Of a DNA stretch of 64,000 bases, positions 20,501 to 30,332 are shown piece by piece (the stretch's first letter is position 1; each line of letters starts with the position of its first letter). Source of the DNA: Nostoc sp. (GTDB lineage: Bacteria > Cyanobacteriota > Cyanobacteriia > Cyanobacteriales > Nostocaceae); the NCBI GenBank assembly GCA_036918135.1, contig JBALDB010000048.1:64001-128000 (forward strand), read 5' to 3'. Below the pieces are notes generated by a model. It had not been told where the DNA came from. It saw nothing but the letters and a program-made list of their open reading frames with translations, and made no database searches. A program made the translations under genes and the position numbers.

Positions 20501-21437
20501 TCCCTGGCAATGGCAACCCTCAATTCCCGGTTTAGAGCAAATGCATTGGCAGAGTTTAGGATTGGAAGAATTAGAACTACCCAGAGTCGGCGAACCAGAT
20601 ATTACTGCTCGGATTCGCCTCCAACAGCGTCTAGAAAGTTCTTTGCTCGGACAGGCGGTGTTAGATGCAGCACTAGCTCTGAAGCTGATTTTACAACACC
20701 AAGACTCTTTTACTTTGGAATTGGCTGACCAGCGGTGGATTTTGCGACGACGAGATTTAGAAAGCCAAGTATTTATTCCGTTTGTCCGCCGCTTGAACCG
20801 CGAACTCAATAAGTTATTGGTTGCTCGTGGTATTCCCACAGAAGCAATTAATCAAGCTATCCTGACTGGCGGCGTAGCTTGTGTAGGAACAGTAAATCGT
20901 TGGCTACGCCAAAAGCTCCCCAGCGCTAAAATTATTCAAGATTTATATCTCGGTGAAAACGGCGCTCCTAATTGCAGTCGAGTTGCCTATGGTTTGGCAA
21001 TGCTACCTTTGCATCCCCAGGTGTTAGATATACCCAGACAACAATACACTGATTATTTTCTGTTTACAGAATTGCTGCGCCTGCTACCAGACCGACCCCT
21101 ATCTTTCGGCGAGGTTATCCAGTTATTTGAAGCTCGTGGGATCAATACCCGCACTTGTCAGCAACGCCTGTTAGCTTTTCTGGAAGGTGAATTGCCTTCC
21201 GGTTTGATACCTTCAGTCACAGACTCAACCTGGCTTACCTACAGTTCTCAAGAAAATCCTGATTATCAAGCGATTGCCACTGCACCACTTTTTGAAAAAC
21301 AAGGCAGTCTCACCTATCGTCCCAATTCTCAACAACTTTTGTCTTTACGTCGCTATCTCAATGCGATCGAAGCTAGTAATCAGCAATCTCTAGAGGAACC
21401 ATATACGGTAAATTTCACTCTAGAGATTCATAATTAA
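17508..21437 (+). CDS. Large protein: N-terminal coiled coil, acidic disordered linker, C-terminal actin/Hsp70-like domain
   Basis: 1309-aa ORF; YLGIDLGTTG, IEEAIA, VINIGTTATE and ILTGG match ASKHA phosphate-1/connect/phosphate-2/adenosine motifs. Confidence 0.75.
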   Translation: MTSSADEIQKLIADIDNLLANGGKRLSRFLSGQGQEPKELLERIRDFLIGLQEKAVLEGSIENQSLREPHSPLLKKFVDQSHNQLLLPPSESTQEYSTVEAGELKTEFSRLIQPLRAELEGLLQERATLVQEIRQLEQKRLQNYSLAQQLTNQEQMITEFLQVLMSRLVPSFTPLVTPTSANSPSSSGEINRSNSESVTFATQPFLESPDRVEQLSQLAQDLDRRLLSLDGTVNVVFEALQHNINTYYESLSQALARMHSKGIQGEQLIASFLNNLTQYLQQQSPTESSLLGVEAETLPELLAQPTDINAEAPLQLLELIQPETSTINSEQQNTTLTEDLDAVLLQLGLDSSPSSESPVELPEDISTLIADEVDQLYASLFGTGNSPTSVTTSPSTLNIPEEMPVVPATEAEEIMTHDTSLAQVDTDVVDVSNAQAAVETTDSKEGLFFAEDTNLASAPETATNSLLVQNTQPEVADTINTLTDLLPDVGTEEVLEVPSSVNNATTTASVTPEIPEIAIAINPTDDRQESALDNYIPASPQENLLSLESNQVPVIPDISLNEEQLQQLDRDLTNFARQLNSELQPATNLDISLDVGKTQDTISTVSPEQQSENLQIATNSLVVPQEETNLDLDLKTEEKQQTTSVVESSLAANSNFINNTEVSADVLQSVWYLGIDLGTTGISATLLNSSSLVVHPIYWSAENPPGTTSFQQSFRLPTEVYLPTASVPHGENESIEAHEQTAPAAVAQEKNPAPSRATADSTNNLYSAQLKPYLQVAIPYKSERQKWEPVLQLNEFSAGPLIWVVRSLSKLLLTLKCDRASTTPSLIAVAVGISEQNFSQIINNIAGVICTCPSSWSEQYRFNVREAVLTSKLIQHPQQVFFIEEAIASLLPELDAANGEPIKLKLSQGEDSHPAKTSEHSLVGNTLVINIGTTATEMLLVDVPETLVQLTYNDFMLHSFAYAGKGIEQDIICQLLLPPKSRQSRLETQSESKTATTNPWQWQPSIPGLEQMHWQSLGLEELELPRVGEPDITARIRLQQRLESSLLGQAVLDAALALKLILQHQDSFTLELADQRWILRRRDLESQVFIPFVRRLNRELNKLLVARGIPTEAINQAILTGGVACVGTVNRWLRQKLPSAKIIQDLYLGENGAPNCSRVAYGLAMLPLHPQVLDIPRQQYTDYFLFTELLRLLPDRPLSFGEVIQLFEARGINTRTCQQRLLAFLEGELPSGLIPSVTDSTWLTYSSQENPDYQAIATAPLFEKQGSLTYRPNSQQLLSLRRYLNAIEASNQQSLEEPYTVNFTLEIHN

Positions 21438-21474
21438 AGTTAGTGTTGCTACGCAAAAGTCAAAAGCAGCTAGA

Positions 21475-21503
21475 TTGTGAGTAAAGCTATTGTTTACTCA
21501 CAA
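21475..21503 (+). terminator. Hairpin downstream of the large ORF
   Basis: TTGTGAGTAAA / TTTACTCACAA 11-bp inverted repeat. Confidence 0.55.
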
Positions 21504-21739
21504 AATTTATGGCTGTGTTCTATAGCATTATTTTTAGGATTTTTATAGTAAAATACTAAAAATTTACAATTCGCCTAGCTAACTAAAAGATTCTGTAAAA
21601 TTTAGGTTTTCGGTTTTTTTATAATTGCGCTTTTGTGTATATTGACACTCAGTAGTAAGGATAAAAATATTAAAAATCGTCTAAAAACTATGTCTAGACT
21701 ACTGATGCATAAATTATTCTTATAGATAAGTTAACTCTT

Positions 21740-22393
21740 GTGAATCATCTTTATTTTTATTCCCTTGATTGCTCGCAACAGCCCTCACATCCTTCAACTG
21801 TAAGCTTGGCAAAACGATTAATTGACATTGTTGGAGCCATTGTTGGGCTAATTATTACATTAATAGTACTAATTCCCGTAGCAATTGTTACCTGGATTCA
21901 CGAACCAAGTCCAATATTTTATTCTCAAATTCGTTGCGGTTTGAATGGAAAACCTTTCCGGATATGGAAATTTCGTTCTATGGTTATGAATGCTGAAAAA
22001 CTCAAGCATTTAGTTGAAAACCAAGCCCAAGGTCACATCTTTAAATCTATTAACGATCCTCGAATTACTCCTGTAGGTAAATTTTTGCGGCGTACCAGCT
22101 TAGACGAACTTCCCCAATTCTGGAATGTTTTGGTAGGGGACATGAGTTTAGTTGGTACTCGTCCACCGACTCTTGACGAAGTCAAGCATTACGATCCGCA
22201 TCACTGGGATAGATTGCTAGTTAAACCAGGCATTACAGGAGAATGGCAGGCTAATGGTCGCTCAAGTGTTACAGATTTTGAAACTATTGTCAAGATGGAT
22301 ATGGATTATCAACGTAAATGGTCTGTAACTTACGACGTCAGTCTAATTATGAAAACAATCTGGGTGGTTTTGAAAAAGACTGGTGCTTATTAA
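21740..22393 (+). CDS. Bacterial sugar transferase (phosphoglycosyl transferase)
   Basis: KRLIDI, KFRSM, DPRIT, RRTSLDELPQ, GDMSLVG, PGITG. Confidence 0.92.
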   Translation: MNHLYFYSLDCSQQPSHPSTVSLAKRLIDIVGAIVGLIITLIVLIPVAIVTWIHEPSPIFYSQIRCGLNGKPFRIWKFRSMVMNAEKLKHLVENQAQGHIFKSINDPRITPVGKFLRRTSLDELPQFWNVLVGDMSLVGTRPPTLDEVKHYDPHHWDRLLVKPGITGEWQANGRSSVTDFETIVKMDMDYQRKWSVTYDVSLIMKTIWVVLKKTGAY

Positions 22394-22454
22394 ATTGGTC
22401 ATTAGTCATTAGTCATTAGTTTTTCTCTCCATCTCCTCATCTCCCTCGTCTCCC

Positions 22455-23291
22455 TCACCCCTTAACCCCGCTACCAGTTTCCGTTGGTACAATGTAACGT
22501 TGTAAAAACAGAAATAATAATAATACTGGGGCGATCGCAATCACTGAGCCAGCTGCTACCAATCGCCAATCAAGGGAAAATGTACCTACTAGTTTGGCGA
22601 CTCCCAGAGGAAGAGTATATAAATTTTCGTCTTGGATGACAATTAAAGGCCACAAAAAGTCACTCCAAGCACCAATAAATACAAAAATAGCTAAAGTTAC
22701 TAATGCTGGGCGAATTGCTGGTAACATCACGTACCACCATAAACCTAACTCAGAACTGCCATCCATGCGGGCGGCTTCTTCTATTTCTTTAGGAACACTC
22801 ATGAAAGCTTGGCGCAACAGAAAAATCCCAAAAGCAGAAGCTAAGCTCGGAAAAATCATTCCTAGATAAGTATTTCTCAAACCCAACTGGACTGTCAAAA
22901 TATAAAGAGGAATCATTACAATCTGGAAGGGAATCATAATCGTCGAGACAATCGCCAAAAAAATCCAGTCTCGCCCCACAAATGATAACCTTGCCAATGG
23001 ATAGGCAGCTAAAGCGCAAAACAGAAGATTAAAGCCAACAGTTAGCACTGCGACTAAGGTGCTGTTATATAAATATTGTCCAAAAGGTAAAGAGTGCCAA
23101 ACACTAGAAAAGTTATCTAGTGTAGGCGATGCAGGTAACAACTGTGGCGGCGACTGCAAAATATTTTCTGTGGGTGATTTTAAGGCTGTACTGATTAACC
23201 ACAGCAAAGGAAAGAGCATCACCAGTGCGATCGCTCCTAATAGCGCATACATTAGCAGAATTTGCGAGCGTGATTTTTTGGAGTTCAGCAT
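22455..23291 (-). CDS. Carbohydrate ABC transporter permease
   Basis: EAA motif (EIEEAARMDG), WSDFLWPL, TM helices. Confidence 0.93.
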   Translation of the reverse strand: MLNSKKSRSQILLMYALLGAIALVMLFPLLWLISTALKSPTENILQSPPQLLPASPTLDNFSSVWHSLPFGQYLYNSTLVAVLTVGFNLLFCALAAYPLARLSFVGRDWIFLAIVSTIMIPFQIVMIPLYILTVQLGLRNTYLGMIFPSLASAFGIFLLRQAFMSVPKEIEEAARMDGSSELGLWWYVMLPAIRPALVTLAIFVFIGAWSDFLWPLIVIQDENLYTLPLGVAKLVGTFSLDWRLVAAGSVIAIAPVLLLFLFLQRYIVPTETGSGVKG

Positions 23292-23346
23292 TTGACTGAT
23301 AACTATAAATAATATTTGATGATATTTGTTACTCATCCTCAACTCT

Positions 23347-23922
23347 TTAGTCTTTAGCAGTCAACCCAGTTTCAGTCAAAACGGCTTGTAACGGTTTATC
23401 CCAAGGTTGGATAGGTAGCTGGGGTAAATAGGCAAAATCAAATACAATTCCTATAGTGGGCTTTATTAACCACTCTGGTAAACTGAGGAGGCGATCGTAA
23501 TATCCTCCGCCATAACCCAGGCGATATCCTTGATAATCGCAAGCAACACTGGGAATGAGAATTAAATCTACTTCCGTAGGATCTAAGGTTGGCGCGTTGG
23601 GATGGGGTTCAATAATGCCATAAGCGCCACTTACAACAGAATCTTGAGGCTGCCAAATATGCCAAGATAGGGATTGATTAACGCAGCGAGGAAATCCCCA
23701 ACGGTATTTGGTGTTTGTGAATAGTGGACTCAGATCTGGTTCTTGGCGAAAGCTAAAATAAGCAAGTATTGTTTTTGCTTGGGCGAACAAAGCAGAGTTT
23801 TGTAGATGAAAGCAAATGCGATCGCTTTTTTCTCTCCACTCTCGGATGGGCATTGATTGACGTGTTTTGAGTAAAGTACGACGTAGTTGTACTTTATTTA
23901 GTTGATAATTAACTGTGTCCAC
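23347..23922 (-). CDS. 5-formyltetrahydrofolate cyclo-ligase
   Basis: GYRLGYGGGYYDR motif; GTG start inferred because the longer ORF overlaps fcl and a REP-like palindrome. Confidence 0.92.
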   Translation of the reverse strand: MDTVNYQLNKVQLRRTLLKTRQSMPIREWREKSDRICFHLQNSALFAQAKTILAYFSFRQEPDLSPLFTNTKYRWGFPRCVNQSLSWHIWQPQDSVVSGAYGIIEPHPNAPTLDPTEVDLILIPSVACDYQGYRLGYGGGYYDRLLSLPEWLIKPTIGIVFDFAYLPQLPIQPWDKPLQAVLTETGLTAKD

Positions 23923-23945
23923 ATTCAAAATTTGCTCAAAAAAGC

Positions 23946-23968
23946 TAGGGTGGGCACTGCCCACCCTA
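23946..23968. repeat. REP-like palindrome
   Basis: TAGGGTGGGCA-C-TGCCCACCCTA; related GTAG-type elements near 42221, 44932 and 48341. Confidence 0.75.
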
Positions 23969-23971
23969 AAA

Positions 23972-24916
23972 TTATGTCGCGTGTTGACGATACCACTCAA
24001 TAGTATTCTTTAAGCCCTGTTGGAAACTAAAACAGGCAGTGAAATTAAAAGCAAGCTGAGCGCGTTGAGTATCTAAACAGCGCCTCGGTTGACCATTGGG
24101 CTGGTCGGTTTGCCAAACAATCTCACCCTTAAATTCCATCAAATCACAAATCAAACTCACTAAATCACGGATAGAAATTTCATCACCCCTTCCCAAATTT
24201 ACTGGTTCCGATTCATTATAGAATTGCGTACCCATGACAATTCCTCGCGCTGCATCCACAGAATACAAAAACTCGCGAGTCGGACTACCATTACCCCAAA
24301 CAAACAGTTGCTTTTGTTGTTGAATTTGAGCTTCGTGAACCTTGCGAATTAACGCCGGAATCACATGAGAACTTTCGGGATTAAAATTATCTTCCGGTCC
24401 GTATAAATTCACCGGCAACAGGTAAATACCATTAAAACCGTACTGCTGGCGGTAAGCTTGTAACTGTACTAAAAGCGCTTTTTTGGCAATTCCGTAAGGG
24501 GCGTTGGTTTCCTCCGGGTAGCCATTCCACAAATCATCTTCTTTGAATGGCACCGGAGTGAATTTTGGGTAAGCGCAGATAGTACCAATACAGACGAATT
24601 TTTCAACTCCGGCTTCATAGGCAGCATGAATCAGTTGGCTCCCCATGATTAAGTTATCGTAAAATAACTCTGCTGGTTTTTCCCGGTTGAGACCGATACC
24701 GCCAACATGAGCTGCTAAATGGATAACGATGTCTTGCTGGTCAACTGCACGCTGGCAATTTTGCCAAACTCGTAAATCGCAATCGCGGGAGCGCACGACA
24801 GTAATTTTCTCAACTGATGCCCCTGCTTGAGAAAGTTGCTCTATTACTTGACGACCGAGAAACCCTGACCCACCAGTCACCAGAATGCGTTTATTTTGTA
24901 GTTTTAAGGCGGTCAT
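23972..24916 (-). CDS. fcl: GDP-L-fucose synthase
   Basis: [31 protein letters not shown]; downstream of gmd. Confidence 0.93.
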   Translation of the reverse strand: MTALKLQNKRILVTGGSGFLGRQVIEQLSQAGASVEKITVVRSRDCDLRVWQNCQRAVDQQDIVIHLAAHVGGIGLNREKPAELFYDNLIMGSQLIHAAYEAGVEKFVCIGTICAYPKFTPVPFKEDDLWNGYPEETNAPYGIAKKALLVQLQAYRQQYGFNGIYLLPVNLYGPEDNFNPESSHVIPALIRKVHEAQIQQQKQLFVWGNGSPTREFLYSVDAARGIVMGTQFYNESEPVNLGRGDEISIRDLVSLICDLMEFKGEIVWQTDQPNGQPRRCLDTQRAQLAFNFTACFSFQQGLKNTIEWYRQHAT

Positions 24917-24938
24917 ATTTTTATCCTCTGTGCCCCAA

Positions 24939-26018
24939 TTAGAAGTGCATTACCCCAAGTTCTTGACGAAGAGTAGCAATTTCATGTGGAAATTGCGAAC
25001 CGTTGCCGTTGGGGGAAGTGTAACCTAAGGCTTGCAAGTCTGCTTCTACCATTAAGCCAACTAATTGCTCAAAGCTGACTGATGGCGTCCAGCCTAACTT
25101 TTGACGTGCTTTGCTTGAATCGCCAATCAACAACTCTACTTCCGCAGGACGCAAGTAACGTTCGTCAAACTCGACATAATCTTGCCAATTGAGATTGACA
25201 TAACTAAATGCCAACTCTAAAAACTCCCGCACTGAGTGGGTTTGCCCTGTGGCAATTACGTAATCGTCTGCTTGGTCTTGCTGCAACATCAGCCACATTG
25301 CTTTGACGTAATCTTTGGCATAGCCCCAATCTCGCTTGGCGTCGAGATTTCCCATGTAAAGCTTTTTCTGCTTTTTGGCGACGATGTTAGCTACTGCCAT
25401 CGTGATTTTACGAGTGACAAAGGTTTCACCACGACGCGGTGATTCGTGGTTAAAAAGTATGCCGTTACAAGCAAACAAGTTGTAAGATTCACGATAGTTG
25501 AGTGTTTGCCAGTGAGCGTAGACTTTGGCGCAAGCATAGGGACTGCGGGGATAAAATGGTGTTGTTTCACTTTGGGGAATTGCTTGTACTAATCCGTACA
25601 TTTCTGAGGAACCCGCTTGGTAGAAACGCACTTGGATTCCGGTACGGTGTTGATAGTCTCGAATTGCTTCTAACAAGCGCAGTGTCCCCATTCCTACTGC
25701 ATCTACAGTGTATTCTGGCGAATCAAAGCTAACTCTGACGTGGGATTGAGCGCCGAGGTTGTAGATTTCTACTGGCTGTACTTCTTCTAAGATGCGTCGC
25801 AGTGTTGTTCCATCGGTCAAATCTCCGTAGTGAAGGAATAATTGCACGCCTTGTTGATGCGGGTCTTGATAGATGTGGTCAATGCGGTCTGTGTTGAAGG
25901 TGGAAGTCCGTCTGATTATTCCATGAACTTCATAACCTTGTTCTAGCAAATACTCGCTTAGATATGAACCATCTTGACCGGTTATACCTGTGATTAACGC
26001 TCGCTTTTTTTGCCTCAT
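24939..26018 (-). CDS. gmd: GDP-mannose 4,6-dehydratase
   Basis: [36 protein letters not shown]. Confidence 0.97.
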   Translation of the reverse strand: MRQKKRALITGITGQDGSYLSEYLLEQGYEVHGIIRRTSTFNTDRIDHIYQDPHQQGVQLFLHYGDLTDGTTLRRILEEVQPVEIYNLGAQSHVRVSFDSPEYTVDAVGMGTLRLLEAIRDYQHRTGIQVRFYQAGSSEMYGLVQAIPQSETTPFYPRSPYACAKVYAHWQTLNYRESYNLFACNGILFNHESPRRGETFVTRKITMAVANIVAKKQKKLYMGNLDAKRDWGYAKDYVKAMWLMLQQDQADDYVIATGQTHSVREFLELAFSYVNLNWQDYVEFDERYLRPAEVELLIGDSSKARQKLGWTPSVSFEQLVGLMVEADLQALGYTSPNGNGSQFPHEIATLRQELGVMHF

Positions 26019-26439
26019 GCTCTTTTATGTCTTATTGTATTTGATTAAAATGTTACAGACGATCTGATACAACCTAGCAGGTAATTGCTAAATTGCCTAA
26101 CGGTAAACCTACGAGTTCTAGCTCATCTGAGAAATTTTAAGTAAATATACTTAATAAAAAGTTTTTTCATATTCTCAACTTAAGTTGAGAATATGAAAAT
26201 TTATTTGTAATTATTTACAGTTATTTTTCATTTCTGATTTTCGTTAAGACTCAATAAAGTAACTTGAGTACAATAAACTTTCGCTACTTAGTATTTTTAT
26301 ATTTTGAAAAAGGAGATAGTAAATATTATATTTAAATAAAAATTTATACTGCATTTTCTATAGCGAATAGCAAAGAACAGTATATTTGTTTAACTATGCC
26401 AATTTTGAAAAACGTAAGATAGAATCTTTACGATTACTT

Positions 26440-26510
26440 CTCTACGAGACGCTCCGCGTAGCTTGCTTCCACGTTCGCGTAGCGTCCCGCAGGGAAGTGG
26501 TACGCTTCAC
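26440..26510. repeat. Nested SDR-type dispersed repeats
   Basis: GC-rich ctacgagacgctccgcg...cgttcgcgtagcgtcccgcagggaag in an AT-rich spacer; related copies at about 40206-40250 and 48465-48485. Confidence 0.7.
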
Positions 26511-26625
26511 TTGTTTTGCTCGTAATAACATTTCATATTTAATTAAGTTGAGCTACTTGTCTTAAAGTAATAATTAGTACTTAGGGGCATTGACTGCCCC
26601 ACAGAATCCTCTCTCAGTAATTACT

Positions 26626-27402
26626 TCAGTATGCTCCGTTATTTTTAGGCAAAATGACGACATTAACAGTTTTCAAGATGATCCATAAGTCAAGCCAAAA
26701 ATTCCTAAATTTGACATAGTGCAGGTCTATTTGGACTCGCCGAGGGTAGGGAATGTCATTACGCCCAGACACCTGCCACAAACCAGTAATTCCTGGACGG
26801 ATTGTTAAAATTTCATCAATATGATAACCGTATTTTGGCAGTTCTTCTGCTACTAATGGGCGAGGACCAACTACACTCATATCCCCTTTTAAAACGTTCC
26901 AAAACTGAGGAAATTCGTCTAAGCTAGTAATTCGTAAAAATTGACCAATTTTAGTAATCCGTGGGTCTTGTTTTAACTTAAAACTGTTCTCAAATTCTTG
27001 CCGCAACTCAGGCGATGTTTCCATCATTTGCACCAGGATTTCGTCCGCATTGCTGACCATTGTTCGGAATTTGATACAGTTAAAAGGTTTGTAGTTTTTT
27101 CCCACCCGTTCCTGAACATAAAAAATCGGACCTTCTGAACTCAAAGCAATCAGCAAGGCCAAGATTAAGTAGACAGGAAAAAATAAAATCAACACTGACA
27201 GTGAAAAAACTATATCGAACAGTCGTTTAGCAAACTCTCCGTTTAAACCCTGAAAAGATAAACCTTTAGATTTAATAGGTTTAATAGGTTTAATTCTAGG
27301 CGTCTTTGTTTTTTGACCGCGTTTTAGAAGAGTACGCCTAGACGCTCTAGTGTCTTGCCGTACACCTCGCTTGCCGGAGAGGAGTGAGCTCTGGGCAGTC
27401 AT
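26626..27402 (-). CDS. Undecaprenyl-phosphate sugar phosphotransferase (RfbP/WbaP-like)
   Basis: KRLFDI, KFRTM, DPRIT, TSLDEFPQ, GDMSVVGPRP, PGITGLWQVSGR. Confidence 0.92.
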   Translation of the reverse strand: MTAQSSLLSGKRGVRQDTRASRRTLLKRGQKTKTPRIKPIKPIKSKGLSFQGLNGEFAKRLFDIVFSLSVLILFFPVYLILALLIALSSEGPIFYVQERVGKNYKPFNCIKFRTMVSNADEILVQMMETSPELRQEFENSFKLKQDPRITKIGQFLRITSLDEFPQFWNVLKGDMSVVGPRPLVAEELPKYGYHIDEILTIRPGITGLWQVSGRNDIPYPRRVQIDLHYVKFRNFWLDLWIILKTVNVVILPKNNGAY

Positions 27403-27501
27403 CATACTCCTTAATAATCCACACCACACATAGTCCCAATCTTAAAGCCAAAATGATATGCTTCTGGGGGTAAATTGCCAAAAGCTTAAAAAACAAGTAT
27501 C

Positions 27502-28656
27502 TTAACCGAGACCATTATTCCAAAAAGGTCTTTTTTCGTTGCACTTGTTTACAAAATCTAGATAACGAGCTGCAAAGACTTGCGGCGAAAACTGCGCGGC
27601 GTGCGATCGCATATACTCGGAATTAAACGAACCCTGATATACTTCAAACTTTTCTACTGCCTCCACTAAAGCTGCTTGTGTTTGTGTCCTGAAGAATATA
27701 CCTGTCCCTGTATCCACACTAAAGCGAATATCTCGCACTGTTTCTAGAGCGCCCCCAGCACCATAAGCAATTACTGGCGTGCCACAGGCTTGTGCCTCCA
27801 CTAAGGCAATACCAAAATCTTCACAAGCTGCATACACAAACGCTTTAGCCCTAGCCATATATTTTTTTACCACATTATCGGGTTGCCAACCTAGTATTTG
27901 TATATTTGAGTTTGCTATTTCACAAATCTTTTTCATTTCATCTCCTGTACCAATTACTACTAATGGTCGTTTTAGTTGATTAAAAGCTTTGACAATTAAC
28001 GATACTTGCTTGTAACTTACTAGCCGGGAAACTGTGAGATAAAAATCCTCTTTTTCCTGAAAAAATGGAAATTCCCCAATATTTACAGGTGGGTAAATGA
28101 CTGTTGCTTCTCGCCGATAACAACGCCAAATCCGCCGTGCTGTGTGCTGCGAGTTAGCAATAAAGTAATCAACACGATTGGCACTTAATACATCCCACTG
28201 GCGCAAGCGATGTAATAAATATCGCGCCACCCAGCCAGGTAAACCATTACCCAGCTTACTCTGGCGCAGATAATCAAAGGTCAAATCCCAGGCATAGCGC
28301 ATAGGGCTGTGACAGTAGCAAATATGCAACTGTTCTGGAGTAGTGAGGATTCCCTTGGCAACAGCATGGGATGAAGACAGAATTACATCATAGTGGCGCA
28401 AATCCAGTTGTTCAATTGCCAAAGGCCACAAAGGCAAGTACTGTTGTATACCTTTACGGGCAAAAGGAAAGTGCTGTAGAAACGTGTTACCAATCTGACG
28501 TTTGTATAAATAACTTTCAGGATTACTAGATTCAAAATCGATGAGGGCATACAAATCAGCATCAATGTGATTCAAAATTTCCCGTACAACGAGTTCTGAA
28601 CCACCTGTGGCTTTGGGTGTCAACCACTCATGAACCAGAGCATATTTCAAGGGCAC
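27502..28656 (-). CDS. GT4 glycosyltransferase (WbaZ/RfbZ-like mannosyltransferase)
   Basis: HEWL...GGSE, CHSPMRYAWD, EDFGIALVEAQACG. Confidence 0.92.
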   Translation of the reverse strand: MPLKYALVHEWLTPKATGGSELVVREILNHIDADLYALIDFESSNPESYLYKRQIGNTFLQHFPFARKGIQQYLPLWPLAIEQLDLRHYDVILSSSHAVAKGILTTPEQLHICYCHSPMRYAWDLTFDYLRQSKLGNGLPGWVARYLLHRLRQWDVLSANRVDYFIANSQHTARRIWRCYRREATVIYPPVNIGEFPFFQEKEDFYLTVSRLVSYKQVSLIVKAFNQLKRPLVVIGTGDEMKKICEIANSNIQILGWQPDNVVKKYMARAKAFVYAACEDFGIALVEAQACGTPVIAYGAGGALETVRDIRFSVDTGTGIFFRTQTQAALVEAVEKFEVYQGSFNSEYMRSHAAQFSPQVFAARYLDFVNKCNEKRPFWNNGLG

Positions 28657-28814
28657 AGCTAACTTGTAATGAATGGAAAATAGTTAGGCAACTTATGAGG
28701 TTGACTGAAAAGTTTCCCGTTGTGATTAACTAATGGGAAGCGCCCCACATTAAGGGCTAGACGCAATCTTTACCTTAGAGGTTCCAGATGGATACTGCAA
28801 CCTGATAACCTCAA

Positions 28815-28916
28815 ATTGGGGAGTGGAAATTAGGGATTGGGTACTGGGAAAACTCTTCCCTAATTACCAGTCTCTAGTACCCAGTCCCTAGTCTCTAGTC
28901 CCCACTCCCTAGTCTC
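28815..28916. repeat. STRR heptamer arrays in inverted orientation
   Basis: G-rich ttgggga/ctggga units followed by ccagtct/ctagtac/ccagtcc/ctagtct units. Confidence 0.75.
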
Positions 28917-28938
28917 TGCAAATAGGAATGAAAAAGGT

Positions 28939-29877
28939 ATGCGAATTCTAATTATGGGTGGTACTCGGTTCATTGGTGTCTATTTGACTCAACTACTAGT
29001 GGAACAAGGACATGAGGTGGTGCTGTTTAATCGTGGAAATCGACCAACACCTTCTTTACAGGGAGTAGGACAAATTATAGGCGATCGCACTGATACTACC
29101 CAATTAAAAGCAAAATTATCACAAGAAAATTTTGATGCCATTTTTGACAATAATGGACGAGAACTCAGCGATACTCAACCATTAGTGGAGATTTTTCAAG
29201 ACCGGGTGCAACATTTTGTATATATGAGTTCGGCAGGAGTGTATCTCAAATCTGACCAACTCCCCCATGTTGAGGGTGATGCAGTAGATCCGAAAAGTCG
29301 TCACCTGGGTAAGCATGAAACCGAAGCTTACCTCAGCCAATTGGGATTACCTTTTACTTCCATTCGTCCTACTTATATTTACGGGCCACGTAATTATAAT
29401 GACTTAGAAAGCTGGTTTTTTGATAGAATCGTGCGCGATCGCCCGATTCCTATCCCCGGAAATGGATTGCATATCACTCAGTTAGGTCACGTTAAAGATT
29501 TAGCAAAGGCAATGACCCAAGTTTTAGGCAATCAACAGGCACTAAGACAGATTTATAATATCTCTGGCGATCGCTTTGTCACTTTTGATGGTTTAGCCCG
29601 TGCTAGTGCTGTAGCGGCTGGCAAATCACCTGATGCTGTGAAAATTGTCCATTACGACCCAAAGAAGTTTGATTTTGGCAAGCGCAAAGCTTTTCCGATG
29701 CGGATGCAGCATTTCTTTGCTTCCGTGAACAAAGCGCAAACAGAATTAAACTGGCATCCGGAATACGATTTAATTTCTGGATTACAAGACTCTTTCAAGA
29801 CTGATTATTTGGCTTCTAGTCGAGATGGAGCCGATATTGATTTCTCTGTGGATGAGGAGATTTTACAAGCTGTTTAA
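28939..29877 (+). CDS. NAD-dependent epimerase/dehydratase-fold protein (CSP41b-like)
   Basis: MGGTRFIG, RPTYIYGP, FDFGKRKAFP. Confidence 0.88.
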   Translation: MRILIMGGTRFIGVYLTQLLVEQGHEVVLFNRGNRPTPSLQGVGQIIGDRTDTTQLKAKLSQENFDAIFDNNGRELSDTQPLVEIFQDRVQHFVYMSSAGVYLKSDQLPHVEGDAVDPKSRHLGKHETEAYLSQLGLPFTSIRPTYIYGPRNYNDLESWFFDRIVRDRPIPIPGNGLHITQLGHVKDLAKAMTQVLGNQQALRQIYNISGDRFVTFDGLARASAVAAGKSPDAVKIVHYDPKKFDFGKRKAFPMRMQHFFASVNKAQTELNWHPEYDLISGLQDSFKTDYLASSRDGADIDFSVDEEILQAV

Positions 29878-29976
29878 TTGTAAGGTTTGTTGACTGCTGA
29901 CAAGTCAACATTCAACAACCAACACAAGCATTAAAGCGTACTTAGTTATAGGTAATGGGAATAAACCAATTACCTA

Positions 29977-30147
29977 CTACTCTTCATTAAGGTTAATCGC
30001 CAATTGTCGCAACTTCGCTGCTAACTTATCAGCACGTTGTTTTTCTCGTTCGGCTCGTCGCCTTTCTTGTTATAGCTGCGTAGAAATCCAATTTCCTGTT
30101 TCACTGTACCAACGTAACCACAAGCGTTCGATACCTTCGTAAGTGCT
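29977..30147 (-). pseudogene. Uma2-family endonuclease C-terminal remnant
   Basis: STYEGIERLWLRWYSETGNWISTQL*QERRRAEREKQRADKLAAKLRQLAINLNEE*; no start codon, internal stop. Confidence 0.75.
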
Positions 30148-30332
30148 GCAATAAAGGTTTGGCTATCAAAAGAAAAATACTTTCTTCTACCTGGGAAAGA
30201 CGCGAGAAATTGCGCTTTTAGTTTTTACTGGAACAGAAATAAAAATTTTCTCTATTAGTTAGGCAAATCTTTTTGAGAATTACCTCAAGTTAGTGAAATT
30301 AGTTTCTGTCAATACTCTTTTTGGTTGGTAAA

